Shown piece after piece: positions 16,501 to 25,212 of a stretch of DNA of 64,000 bases (position 1 is the first letter of the stretch; each line of letters opens with the position of its first letter). Source of the stretch: a virus. Taxonomy: Duplodnaviria; Caudoviricetes. The stretch lies in the IMG/VR virus record IMGVR_UViG_3300022594_000001; one strand, 5' to 3'. A program made the translations under genes and the position numbers. The notes under the pieces are model-generated. The model was given only the letters and a program-made list of their open reading frames with translations. It made no database searches and was not told where the DNA came from.

Positions 16501-17592
16501 ATGGCAGAAATTAACAGCCGCACCGTTGGCCCTAAAGATGCAAAAAAGTCTTTGCGTAAAGCGTTTAAAAATCAGCGTCCTATCTTTATTTGGGGTCCTC
16601 CAGGTATTGGTAAGTCAGACATTATTAAGCAACTTGGCGGCGAGCTAGAAGCTCATGTAATCGACGTGCGCCTTTCACTGTGGGAACCTACTGACATTAA
16701 AGGTATTCCTTACTTTGACAGCAACGACGGTACTATGCGTTGGGCACCTCCAGGCGAATTGCCAAGCAAAGAGTTTGCTGCTAACCACAAACAAATCATC
16801 TTGTTCTTGGATGAAATGAACTCAGCTGCACCATCAGTACAAGCTGCTGCATATCAATTGGTGTTGAACCGCAAAGTTGGCACATATGAGTTGCCAGCAA
16901 ACGTTGTAATTGTTGCAGCTGGTAACCGTGAGTCTGACAAAGGTGTTACATACCGTATGCCTGCTCCGTTGGCTAACCGTTTCGTTCACTTGGAAATGGC
17001 TGTTGATTGGGACGACTGGTTTGACTGGGCTACTGACAACCGCACACACAAAGACGTTGTTGGTTTCTTGACTTTCTCTAAGAAAGACTTGTACGACTTT
17101 GATCCAAAGTCTAGCTCACGTGCATTTGCTACACCACGTAGCTGGTCATTTGTTAGCGAATTGTTGCATGATGACGATACCGATCACGACACTTTGATGA
17201 ATTTGGTTACTGGTTCAGTTGGTGAGGGCTTGGCTTCTAAGTTTATGGCACACCGTAAACATGCTAGCAAGTTGCCTAACCCACGTGACATCTTGTCAGG
17301 CAAAGTTAACAAGCTGGATACTAAAGAGATTTCAGCACAGTATTCACTAGTTGTTAGCTTGTGCTACGAGTTGAAAGACTCATGCGATAAGAAAGCTAAA
17401 GACTGGAACGATCAAGTTAACTGCTTCTTCGAGTTCATGATGAAGAACTTTGAAACAGAATTGGTTATCATGGGTACTAAGTTGGCATTGTCTAGCTACA
17501 AGTTGCCGCTGGATCCAGATGAAATCAAGTGCTTTGATGATTTCCATGCTAAGTTCGGTAAGTATATTTCGGCAGCTACCGATAAAAACTAA
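16501..17592 (+). CDS. MoxR-type AAA+ ATPase
   Basis: Walker A GPPGIGKS, Walker B ILFLDEMN, AAGNR, arginine finger PLANRF. Confidence 0.9.
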   Translation: MAEINSRTVGPKDAKKSLRKAFKNQRPIFIWGPPGIGKSDIIKQLGGELEAHVIDVRLSLWEPTDIKGIPYFDSNDGTMRWAPPGELPSKEFAANHKQIILFLDEMNSAAPSVQAAAYQLVLNRKVGTYELPANVVIVAAGNRESDKGVTYRMPAPLANRFVHLEMAVDWDDWFDWATDNRTHKDVVGFLTFSKKDLYDFDPKSSSRAFATPRSWSFVSELLHDDDTDHDTLMNLVTGSVGEGLASKFMAHRKHASKLPNPRDILSGKVNKLDTKEISAQYSLVVSLCYELKDSCDKKAKDWNDQVNCFFEFMMKNFETELVIMGTKLALSSYKLPLDPDEIKCFDDFHAKFGKYISAATDKN

Positions 17593-17608
17593 TCCAAAAT
17601 CGAACCAT

Positions 17609-17637
17609 TTGACACCACCTTCGGGTGGTGTTATAAT
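17609..17637 (+). promoter_or_regulatory. Perfect-consensus sigma70 promoter with a palindromic spacer
   Basis: TTGACA(17609-17614)-17 bp-TATAAT(17632-17637); ACACCACC-TTCG-GGTGGTGT. Confidence 0.85.
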
Positions 17638-17667
17638 ATATACTATAGTAAAACTTTAGGAGCAGAC

Positions 17668-18861
17668 ATGGCACACGCCGATCCAATCATTGACAAAATT
17701 ATTGTTGCACGAGTAGGTTTGCTACTGCGTCACCCGTTCTTTGGCAACCTTGCTACACGTATGCAAATCAAAGAAGGTTGGAACAGTTTGACTACTGCGG
17801 CTACTGACGGTCGTACAATTTATTTTAATCGTGAATTCTTTACACCTCTTACTAATAAACAAGTAGAGTTTGTACTTGCTCACGAAATCCTTCATGCTGT
17901 GTTTGATCATATGGGCCGTCGTGAAGGTCGTGATCCAAAAATCTTTAACATTGCATGTGACTACGCAGTTAACGGACAAATTGTTCGTGATAAAATTGGC
18001 GATCACAAACTGCCAGACATTACTATCTACCATGACACTAAGTACTACGGCATGGGTGCAGAAGAAATCTATGACGCAATTTACGAAAAGATGGATGAGC
18101 AACAATTAGCAGCACTTGGTCAAATGCTCGACGAGCATCTTGACGGAGAAGGCGATGCTGACGGAGACGATGACGGTCGTCCAAAGTACACTAAAGAAGA
18201 ACTTAAACAGATTCGCGACGAAATGCGAGAAGCTGTAATGGCTGCTGCACAAGCGGCAGGTGCAGGTAATGTTCCTGCATCAATTGCACGTATGATTAAG
18301 GATTTGACCGAGCCTAAAATGAATTGGCGTCAAATCCTTCGTCAACAAATCCAAAGTACTATCAAGAACGATTTTACATTTATGCGTCCTAACCGTAAAG
18401 GTTGGCACATGAACGCTGTTCTTCCGGGCCAGCAGTTCCAAGAAACTATTGATATCTGCATTAGCATTGACATGTCTGGTTCCATCGGTGACGACCAAGC
18501 AAAAGATTTTCTAACAGAAATCAAAGGTATCATGGACGAGTACAAAGATTTTAAAATTAAACTTTGGACTTTTGATACAAGTGTCTACGGTGAAGCCGAC
18601 TTCGATGGATTCACTATGGAAGACTTTGCCGAATACCACTGCAAAGGCGGTGGCGGTACTGACTTCGATGTTAACTGGGAATACATGAAAGAAAACAATA
18701 TTAACCCTAAAAAGTTTATTATGTTTACTGACGGGTATCCTTTTGGTAGCTGGGGTGACGAACTGTATTGCGATACTGTGTTTATTATTCACGGCAACAA
18801 CACTATTGTTCCTCCATTCGGCGAATACGCATACTACGAAGAAGTTAAAGAAAACGCATAA
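17668..18861 (+). CDS. Metallopeptidase-like plus VWA domain protein (DUF2201-type), partner of the AAA+ ATPase
   Basis: TAATDG, AHEILH (HExxH), NIACDYAVN; MIDAS IDMSGS, GGGTDF, MFTDG. Confidence 0.85.
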   Translation: MAHADPIIDKIIVARVGLLLRHPFFGNLATRMQIKEGWNSLTTAATDGRTIYFNREFFTPLTNKQVEFVLAHEILHAVFDHMGRREGRDPKIFNIACDYAVNGQIVRDKIGDHKLPDITIYHDTKYYGMGAEEIYDAIYEKMDEQQLAALGQMLDEHLDGEGDADGDDDGRPKYTKEELKQIRDEMREAVMAAAQAAGAGNVPASIARMIKDLTEPKMNWRQILRQQIQSTIKNDFTFMRPNRKGWHMNAVLPGQQFQETIDICISIDMSGSIGDDQAKDFLTEIKGIMDEYKDFKIKLWTFDTSVYGEADFDGFTMEDFAEYHCKGGGGTDFDVNWEYMKENNINPKKFIMFTDGYPFGSWGDELYCDTVFIIHGNNTIVPPFGEYAYYEEVKENA

Positions 18862-19148
18862 TGGCTCTAAAGAATGGTAAACCAAATCCATTAAATTACT
18901 TTGATTTGAGGAGAGTGGAGTTTCCCGCTCCTCATTTCAAGTATACTAGCTTGGAAAAATACAGTCCAATGCTAGCTAAAAATTTAGATTACTGGATTAA
19001 AACTAATTTAAATCATCGTTATTACATAGGTCAAAGTATTGCGCTTGATAGTACAAACACTATCATTTACAACACTCGGATAGGGTTCGAATCAGAAAAA
19101 GAACTTAGCTTCTTCAAGATTGCCTGTCCGCACTTGCAAATGAGATAA
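18861..19148 (+). CDS. Hypothetical protein
   Basis: 95-aa ORF, TAATG coupling. Confidence 0.65.
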   Translation: MALKNGKPNPLNYFDLRRVEFPAPHFKYTSLEKYSPMLAKNLDYWIKTNLNHRYYIGQSIALDSTNTIIYNTRIGFESEKELSFFKIACPHLQMR

Positions 19149-19176
19149 TTATATATGTACTTTACAAGGAGATATC

Positions 19177-19413
19177 ATGACTGAAAACGTACAAGATACT
19201 AGCACTACTACAGACGCAACTGCACCCGAACAAGCAAGTGCAGAACTTAATATTAACGACTTGAACGCAATGAAAGTTATTATTGACATTGCAAGTTCAC
19301 GTGGCGCATTTAAACCAAACGAAATGGCTGTAGTTGGACAGACTTATAACAAACTAACAACATTCTTAGATACTGTGGCTAAGCAGGCAGAAGCGTCTAA
19401 ACAAGGAGCCTAA
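19177..19413 (+). CDS. Hypothetical protein
   Basis: 78 aa, AAGGAG RBS. Confidence 0.7.
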   Translation: MTENVQDTSTTTDATAPEQASAELNINDLNAMKVIIDIASSRGAFKPNEMAVVGQTYNKLTTFLDTVAKQAEASKQGA

Positions 19414-19414
19414 T

Positions 19415-20053
19415 ATGGCACAATCACTAAAACACGTAGGTAGAATGAAAGCTTCTAATAAGAAAGTATTAGTAGCATATAGAACACTACCAGGGGACGC
19501 ATATAACGCCCTTGTTATTCCAACAGAAAGTTTAACAGACGATCAACACAATGCTATTATTAATTTAGTAGAAAGCCCAGCAGCTCAAGAAGCATACGAG
19601 TTTGCAGAAGCATTAGATCGTACACAATTCCCAGATGGTAGCAGAATGTTACCTAACTTACACGGAAACGGCAGACTTGTTAAAGTCCCAACAGATCAAG
19701 TTGAAATGTTGCCTGTTCCAGGTACATCAATTTTGTTATCTGAACTAAATCAAATCATTGCTGAACAGCGTGGTATTGCAGTTGACGATTTATCTTTAAA
19801 GCCAAATGGAATGGAACGTGTTAAAGCAGAAGTTACAGAAGTTGCAACTGCTAGAGAACTGCCTAAAGAAACAGCAGATGTAGGTAAGACTACATCAGCT
19901 AGTGTAAACGAATCAGTTGAAACACAAACTACATTTGACAGCCCAGAAGCTGAAGCAAAATACTATCGTAGCCAAGCAGACAAGCTAGCAAAAGAAGCAG
20001 CAGCAATGCGTCGCAAAGCCGAGGAGTTGGTTCCTACCAAAAAGACTAAATGA
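19415..20053 (+). CDS. Hypothetical protein with C-terminal coiled coil
   Basis: 212 aa, AAGGAG RBS. Confidence 0.7.
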   Translation: MAQSLKHVGRMKASNKKVLVAYRTLPGDAYNALVIPTESLTDDQHNAIINLVESPAAQEAYEFAEALDRTQFPDGSRMLPNLHGNGRLVKVPTDQVEMLPVPGTSILLSELNQIIAEQRGIAVDDLSLKPNGMERVKAEVTEVATARELPKETADVGKTTSASVNESVETQTTFDSPEAEAKYYRSQADKLAKEAAAMRRKAEELVPTKKTK

Positions 20054-20370
20054 CATCAACTGGGAAAACCCTTCCCAAAGAAGTCATTGAGTGTTGGCCA
20101 GAAGTGTTCGGAGAGGTAAAACTAAATGTAATGCCTCTCAAGTACCTACACGCTGTTGAAATCACTTTCAAAGATGGTAAAGTTTGGGAAATAAAAGTAA
20201 CAACAAAAACAAAAAATAGCGACTGGGATACATTTGAAAAATCACTATCAGAACTATGTAAAGCATATGAAGCAAGAATTAAAAGCATAGACTTTAAATT
20301 AGATACTGAACGTGTTAAAAAAGATATCAAACGTGGAACTGAACAATTTTTAAAAAAGAAAAAACTCTAA
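20050..20370 (+). CDS. Hypothetical protein
   Basis: 106 aa, ATGA overlap. Confidence 0.65.
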   Translation: MTSTGKTLPKEVIECWPEVFGEVKLNVMPLKYLHAVEITFKDGKVWEIKVTTKTKNSDWDTFEKSLSELCKAYEARIKSIDFKLDTERVKKDIKRGTEQFLKKKKL

Positions 20371-21065
20371 TGAATGTTAAACTAATATCATCAAGTAAAC
20401 CAAGTAGAGAAATGAGTAGTGAAGGTATGTACGATGTGCAAGAGCTTATTGCTTTTTGTGCCCGTGTTAGTAATCCAGCTAATCAGTTTAATACAGAAAC
20501 TAGTGAAAAACTAATTCGTTACTTAATCAAACATCAGCATTGGTCACCGTTGGAAATGGTAAGTGCATGTTTAGAAATTACAACTACTAGAGATATTGCT
20601 CGTCAAATTCTCCGTCACCGTAGTTTTAGTTTCCAAGAATTTAGTCAGCGTTATGCTGATCCAACAGCAGAACTAGATGATGCATTTGTATTACGTGAAG
20701 CACGATTCCAAGATACTAAGAATAGACAAAACAGTGTAGAACTAGATATGTCTGACGAAGCTCAGAAGCAGCTTGCTTACGAATGGGAACGTGCTCAAAA
20801 ACGTGTACTATTTGCAGTTAAGCAAGAATATGTGTGGGCTATTAAAAATGGAATTGCCAAAGAACAAGCCCGAGCAGTGTTGCCAGAGGGTCTTACTGTA
20901 AGTCGTTTGTATATGAACGGAACACTGCGTAGTTGGATTCACTTTATTGAATTACGCAGTTCTAATGGTACACAAAAAGAGCACATGGAGGTTGCCCGTG
21001 CATGTGCTCAAGTTATTGCAGAAATATTTCCTATGGCTGGTGAATTTGTTCAAACTGATTCTTAA
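20370..21065 (+). CDS. thyX: FAD-dependent thymidylate synthase
   Basis: HQHWSPLE, RQILRHRSFSFQEFSQRY, ARAVLP, QKEH. Confidence 0.95.
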   Translation: MNVKLISSSKPSREMSSEGMYDVQELIAFCARVSNPANQFNTETSEKLIRYLIKHQHWSPLEMVSACLEITTTRDIARQILRHRSFSFQEFSQRYADPTAELDDAFVLREARFQDTKNRQNSVELDMSDEAQKQLAYEWERAQKRVLFAVKQEYVWAIKNGIAKEQARAVLPEGLTVSRLYMNGTLRSWIHFIELRSSNGTQKEHMEVARACAQVIAEIFPMAGEFVQTDS

Positions 21066-21699
21066 GCCAATCAAAGTCATTGATTAAAGATAGTGCCGCT
21101 TTATTAGCGGCATTTTCTTGACCATAGCTACAACCTGCTAAAGCGCCGTTTAAAGCGTTTTCTGCAAAATCACCTGTCGCAGTACTAGTCCAAGTATTTA
21201 AACGCTGTAAGGACTCTGTATCGCTGTTTAAAGCTAGTTTGCAGCATTCACGGAACGCACTACGCCACGTAGTAAAAGGATCTGTATTAAATGCAGTAAT
21301 ATTACTTACTTCTTCCATTGCTTTAAATTTAGTACTAATGTTTAAAGTCATGTCTGTAGTACTAGTATCCATATTAATAGTCAACGTGCGAGGAAGCAAC
21401 TTAACACCACCATATCCGTATTCCAATCCATTAATCGGATTTTGACTGCGCCAAACATGCACTACGTCTAAATCAAAGTTATTAACTTCATGATTAAAAT
21501 TAAAAGTATCTAGTACTGCTGCGTCACCGTCAACTACCCAAAACATTTTTGTAAAACATTTTTTGGCAGCGGCTATGTGCGCTTGATGTATACCCTTAAC
21601 ACCGTCAACCCGTTTAGATAATGGGAACCGAGATTTTAGAATCTCATAATTTGCATCTGCATTAGGCTCGTTATAACTAATAAAAACTATATCGTACAT
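21031..21699 (-). CDS. GT-A-like glycosyltransferase, paralog A1
   Basis: DIVFISYNEPNA, FWVVDGD (DxD), YGYGGVK, WRSAFRE. Confidence 0.65.
   Translation of the reverse strand: MYDIVFISYNEPNADANYEILKSRFPLSKRVDGVKGIHQAHIAAAKKCFTKMFWVVDGDAAVLDTFNFNHEVNNFDLDVVHVWRSQNPINGLEYGYGGVKLLPRTLTINMDTSTTDMTLNISTKFKAMEEVSNITAFNTDPFTTWRSAFRECCKLALNSDTESLQRLNTWTSTATGDFAENALNGALAGCSYGQENAANKAALSLINDFDWLKNQFEQIHQP
21094..21119 (+). terminator. Rho-independent terminator at the convergence of the two arms
   Basis: TGCCGCT-TTATT-AGCGGCA followed by TTTTCTT, 29 nt after the thyX stop and inside the 3' end of the opposite CDS. Confidence 0.6.
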
Positions 21700-22595
21700 T
21701 ATCTTTTACGTATAATTCTAGGGCTGTTACTAAACACTGTTCTAAAAAACTTGCTACCTTCTTCGTCTAGATCAGTTAGCTCTAAAGCACATTCATGTTT
21801 AAGTGTTTCACCCAATCCCATAATTTCATATGGTAACATCTTTTCTGTAACTTTACTATATTTTTCATTCCATTGATTTGTAAGCCATTCAAAATCTCGT
21901 ACATTGGCGTAATCCCAATCAGTACAATTGGTTAAGTAGGCACCTTCTCTAGCACCGTATATACTCCATTGTCCATTTGGTATGTCTGCACCAATGTTAC
22001 ACCAGATAAGTAATCTATGATAATTTTGCCACCATACCTTCTTAAGGTCGTCTACCTTTCCGCCTTGATCCAGCGACATCTTAACGCCTTCGCGGAATCC
22101 AGCTCTCCATGCTTGGAATGGACTTCCAGTAATAATGCTTTCACTATAGTTTTCATTAAACTGATAATACTTGTCATCAAAGCAAAATTCAACTAACCCT
22201 TTTGCATCGTTAGGATCACTGTTTTCATGTGTACGCATGTTGTTTACAAACTTACGTGTCCACATTTTTAATCCACCGTTGCCATACATTAATCCGTTAA
22301 CGTTAACTTTACCGCACCAGCTAAACACATGATCAGGTGTTAATCCTAGTTCATCTATGTCTACTTCTACTTCTAAGAACGCAGGATCAATAATGTTATC
22401 TGCATCTACTGTAACAAAGTATTCTGTTTCACTTAGTGCAGCGCAGGCTTTGTGAGCGGCATCACTACCTTTAACTCCATGTACACGCTTTGCCCATGGT
22501 ACCTTAGTCAGCAAGTCTGCATAATTCTTTTCAGCATTAGGTTCGTCATAACTGAGGAAAATAATGTCTTGTTCTATAACTTTAATCTTGTTCAT
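21699..22595 (-). CDS. GT-A-like glycosyltransferase, paralog A2
   Basis: DIIFLSYDEPNA, FVTVDAD (DxD), YGNGGLK, WRAGFRE; clear paralog of 21031-21699. Confidence 0.65.
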   Translation of the reverse strand: MNKIKVIEQDIIFLSYDEPNAEKNYADLLTKVPWAKRVHGVKGSDAAHKACAALSETEYFVTVDADNIIDPAFLEVEVDIDELGLTPDHVFSWCGKVNVNGLMYGNGGLKMWTRKFVNNMRTHENSDPNDAKGLVEFCFDDKYYQFNENYSESIITGSPFQAWRAGFREGVKMSLDQGGKVDDLKKVWWQNYHRLLIWCNIGADIPNGQWSIYGAREGAYLTNCTDWDYANVRDFEWLTNQWNEKYSKVTEKMLPYEIMGLGETLKHECALELTDLDEEGSKFFRTVFSNSPRIIRKR

Positions 22596-23145
22596 ATACT
22601 ACCTTTAATTTGTAATTCTTAAAATTCATTCTAGTTGAGATAGAAATCTTAGTTATATCTTTTTCGATTTCATGTTCAAATAGAACTCCAATATGAAAAT
22701 TACTTATTAAACTATCTGCATCTATTGTTATTGTTCTAATTAAAAAATCATGATCAGATTCTAATGTTATAAAGAGTGATAACTTAGAATTAAAAATTCC
22801 ATTAATAGTTGTTTTATAAGACGGGTCTAATTGAAAATACCAGCTTGAATTTGGTAAATTCCATTCAACAATAAATTCAGCAAACCCATCTTTGATTGTT
22901 ATTAAATCAAGTTCGTTGTTTTCAAAATTAACGCTCTGATCAATATTTGATATAATTGCAAGCTCAGATGTGCCTGCAATGTAATCAATTACAAAATCTT
23001 TAAAGTGCCATCTACCATCTAAAAATTTTTCAATTTCGTCAAAACTAACTACAATTGCATCTTGGTGCAAATCAGATAATTGATTACTAACGGAAACAAT
23101 TCCTTTTGTTTTTTTATCATAATAGACATAATACTTAGTGTCCAT
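22582..23145 (-). CDS. Hypothetical protein in the GT cluster
   Basis: 187-aa acidic ORF overlapping both neighbours. Confidence 0.65.
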   Translation of the reverse strand: MDTKYYVYYDKKTKGIVSVSNQLSDLHQDAIVVSFDEIEKFLDGRWHFKDFVIDYIAGTSELAIISNIDQSVNFENNELDLITIKDGFAEFIVEWNLPNSSWYFQLDPSYKTTINGIFNSKLSLFITLESDHDFLIRTITIDADSLISNFHIGVLFEHEIEKDITKISISTRMNFKNYKLKVVYEQD

Positions 23146-23965
23146 ATACTAGCTCCAATTTTTGCAATAGTTTATCAGATAAAAAATCTTTTTCTATGTA
23201 ATGAAATACTCTAGACTGCTTGATGTTACCAACTACTAACTCGCCTTTTGAATTTAAAATAGCAGAAACAGAACGCTGCCACGACGATGATGGAGCTACC
23301 CAGCCTTGCAATGCAGGACGCATATGTATAAATTCTAACGGGCTAGCTGCATCAATCGCATCAATACCAGACAATTGGATAGTAATTGCAACCGCTTTGT
23401 CCATACTTAAAAAATCTTCATATAATTCAGGTGCAAATATTGTATAACATTCTTGCCAGTTATTGCACACAAATTCTAAACATTTATAAAACTCATCTGC
23501 AACTAACGACTTTTTAAAATAATGCAACGCACAATACGAATTAGGTAAATTGTTTACAACAAAAGACTGTCTATATACAGTATCAACAACTGGGTCTAAT
23601 TTATAATTCTTAATCTTAGAGCAATAATTAACATCATAAGTACTACACTGTTCCCACCACGAACTAATGTCTTCTAACATTAGCATGTCGGCATCTAAAA
23701 CAATCGTTTCTTCATACGGTGTTACATGATATAGTTTCCATCTGTTTTCAGCCTTATATCTCGAATCTGTGTTGTCTGTCCACGGGATTGGAATAATTTG
23801 ATCAAATACGTGCTTATAGTTTTCCGGAACTTGATCATTTGTTACTAACGACACTGCATTAGTTATACGTTGACTAATTTTTATGCTCAATGCTAACGCA
23901 TATGCTTGTTTGAGATAATCAACGTCTTTAGTATTCTGAACTAGTATTAAAAATCCTTTAGACAC
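23135..23965 (-). CDS. GT8-like glycosyltransferase, paralog B1
   Basis: GTG start at 23965 after GGAGGT; AYALALSIK, TPYEETIVLDADML (DxD), late HY. Confidence 0.65.
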   Translation of the reverse strand: MSKGFLILVQNTKDVDYLKQAYALALSIKISQRITNAVSLVTNDQVPENYKHVFDQIIPIPWTDNTDSRYKAENRWKLYHVTPYEETIVLDADMLMLEDISSWWEQCSTYDVNYCSKIKNYKLDPVVDTVYRQSFVVNNLPNSYCALHYFKKSLVADEFYKCLEFVCNNWQECYTIFAPELYEDFLSMDKAVAITIQLSGIDAIDAASPLEFIHMRPALQGWVAPSSSWQRSVSAILNSKGELVVGNIKQSRVFHYIEKDFLSDKLLQKLELVYGH

Positions 23966-24803
23966 CTGCACCTCCATCAATTACACGACTTAGGCTCATT
24001 TTATTCATAACATGAACATCTATTCCAGATGTCTTTGCTGCAATGTATTCACCGAGGTAATTTTGTTTTTCAACAAGGAATTGCATATCAGTATCGTTAA
24101 TGCTAATTAATAGATCCCTGTCTTGCACGTAAGACATAATACCCGGCAAATGTGTTGCAAATTCTCCATTTGTTTTTCCATTCATAATATGTATTGCAAT
24201 ACTAAATGCAAAATCATTTCTAAAAATAGTAGACCCCATACTGTATAACATTCTAAAATATACCCAATTAGACTTTATATAAGTTACTAAATCAAAGAAA
24301 GCTTCGACTATAGGGTCTTTCTGAAATACAAAAACTGTTGCCCAATAAAAAGGAATAGAATAAGGATTTATTCTCTTAAAGTATGTAGTATCACGCCATC
24401 CTGAAATATCAAAACTATCTCGATATATTTGGAATACATCATCACGTTTAAGAGCAATTTTAAGTATGTCTGAGTTAATAATATAATCGCTATCTAATAC
24501 TAATGTCTTATCGTACGGTGTTAACTCATACGCTCTATTTCTAGTAACATTTTTCCACTCAAGTCTTTTAGATGTTAGTGATCCATCATAAAAATCTTTT
24601 TTATTATACTCAGTCAATTCTGTGCTAATAACTTTATCAAAATTATGATCAGGGATAGTGCTAGTTAGCCAATCAGGGCTGTCAGTAACAATGCTAACAG
24701 GAATGTCTAAGAACTTCTTTACGCGACTTGCTGCAAAATTTGCAATTTTTACATAATCCACATTTGAATTATTATGAGCAAAAATTAAAGCACCTGTAGT
24801 CAT
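23958..24803 (-). CDS. GT8-like glycosyltransferase, paralog B2
   Basis: TPYDKTLVLDSDY (DxD), WATVFVFQK, RNDFAFSIA, HVMNK. Confidence 0.65.
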   Translation of the reverse strand: MTTGALIFAHNNSNVDYVKIANFAASRVKKFLDIPVSIVTDSPDWLTSTIPDHNFDKVISTELTEYNKKDFYDGSLTSKRLEWKNVTRNRAYELTPYDKTLVLDSDYIINSDILKIALKRDDVFQIYRDSFDISGWRDTTYFKRINPYSIPFYWATVFVFQKDPIVEAFFDLVTYIKSNWVYFRMLYSMGSTIFRNDFAFSIAIHIMNGKTNGEFATHLPGIMSYVQDRDLLISINDTDMQFLVEKQNYLGEYIAAKTSGIDVHVMNKMSLSRVIDGGAGV

Positions 24804-25150
24804 AGCTTAACAATATCCTCAATTTTTCTTTTGGATTTTATTTCTGCAAACTTTGCAGCATACTCATTAATTGCTTGAAAGTAAGTTTCTACAATATTAT
24901 TGTAAAACTCTTGGACGTTATTAATTAAGATTGGAAAATTGTTAGAATCAATAAAAGGAACATCAGTATTATGTCCTAATTCCAAAACAGATTTTGTAAA
25001 TGTAATCAAGTCAGTTGAAACTTTAAAAGTTCCGCCATTTTGATAGTAGACTAATTTTTGATTAAATTCTTCTAGTATTATGCGCCGTTGGTTTGACAAT
25101 GTTGCCATGTAATTAGCAACACCAAATGCTTTTTCTATTCTTTCATCCAT
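24800..25150 (-). CDS. Hypothetical protein heading the GT cluster
   Basis: 116 aa, GAGGT RBS 6 nt upstream. Confidence 0.7.
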   Translation of the reverse strand: MDERIEKAFGVANYMATLSNQRRIILEEFNQKLVYYQNGGTFKVSTDLITFTKSVLELGHNTDVPFIDSNNFPILINNVQEFYNNIVETYFQAINEYAAKFAEIKSKRKIEDIVKL

Positions 25151-25173
25151 AAAGATACCTCAAGTAGTATAAT

Positions 25174-25202
25174 AGTTTATACTAGTTGAGGTATAATGTC
25201 AA
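25174..25202 (-). promoter_or_regulatory. sigma70-type promoter for the GT cluster, inside a 17-bp inverted repeat
   Basis: Minus strand TTGACA(25202-25197)-17 bp-TAAACT(25179-25174). Confidence 0.65.
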
Positions 25203-25212
25203 GCGTTATTGG

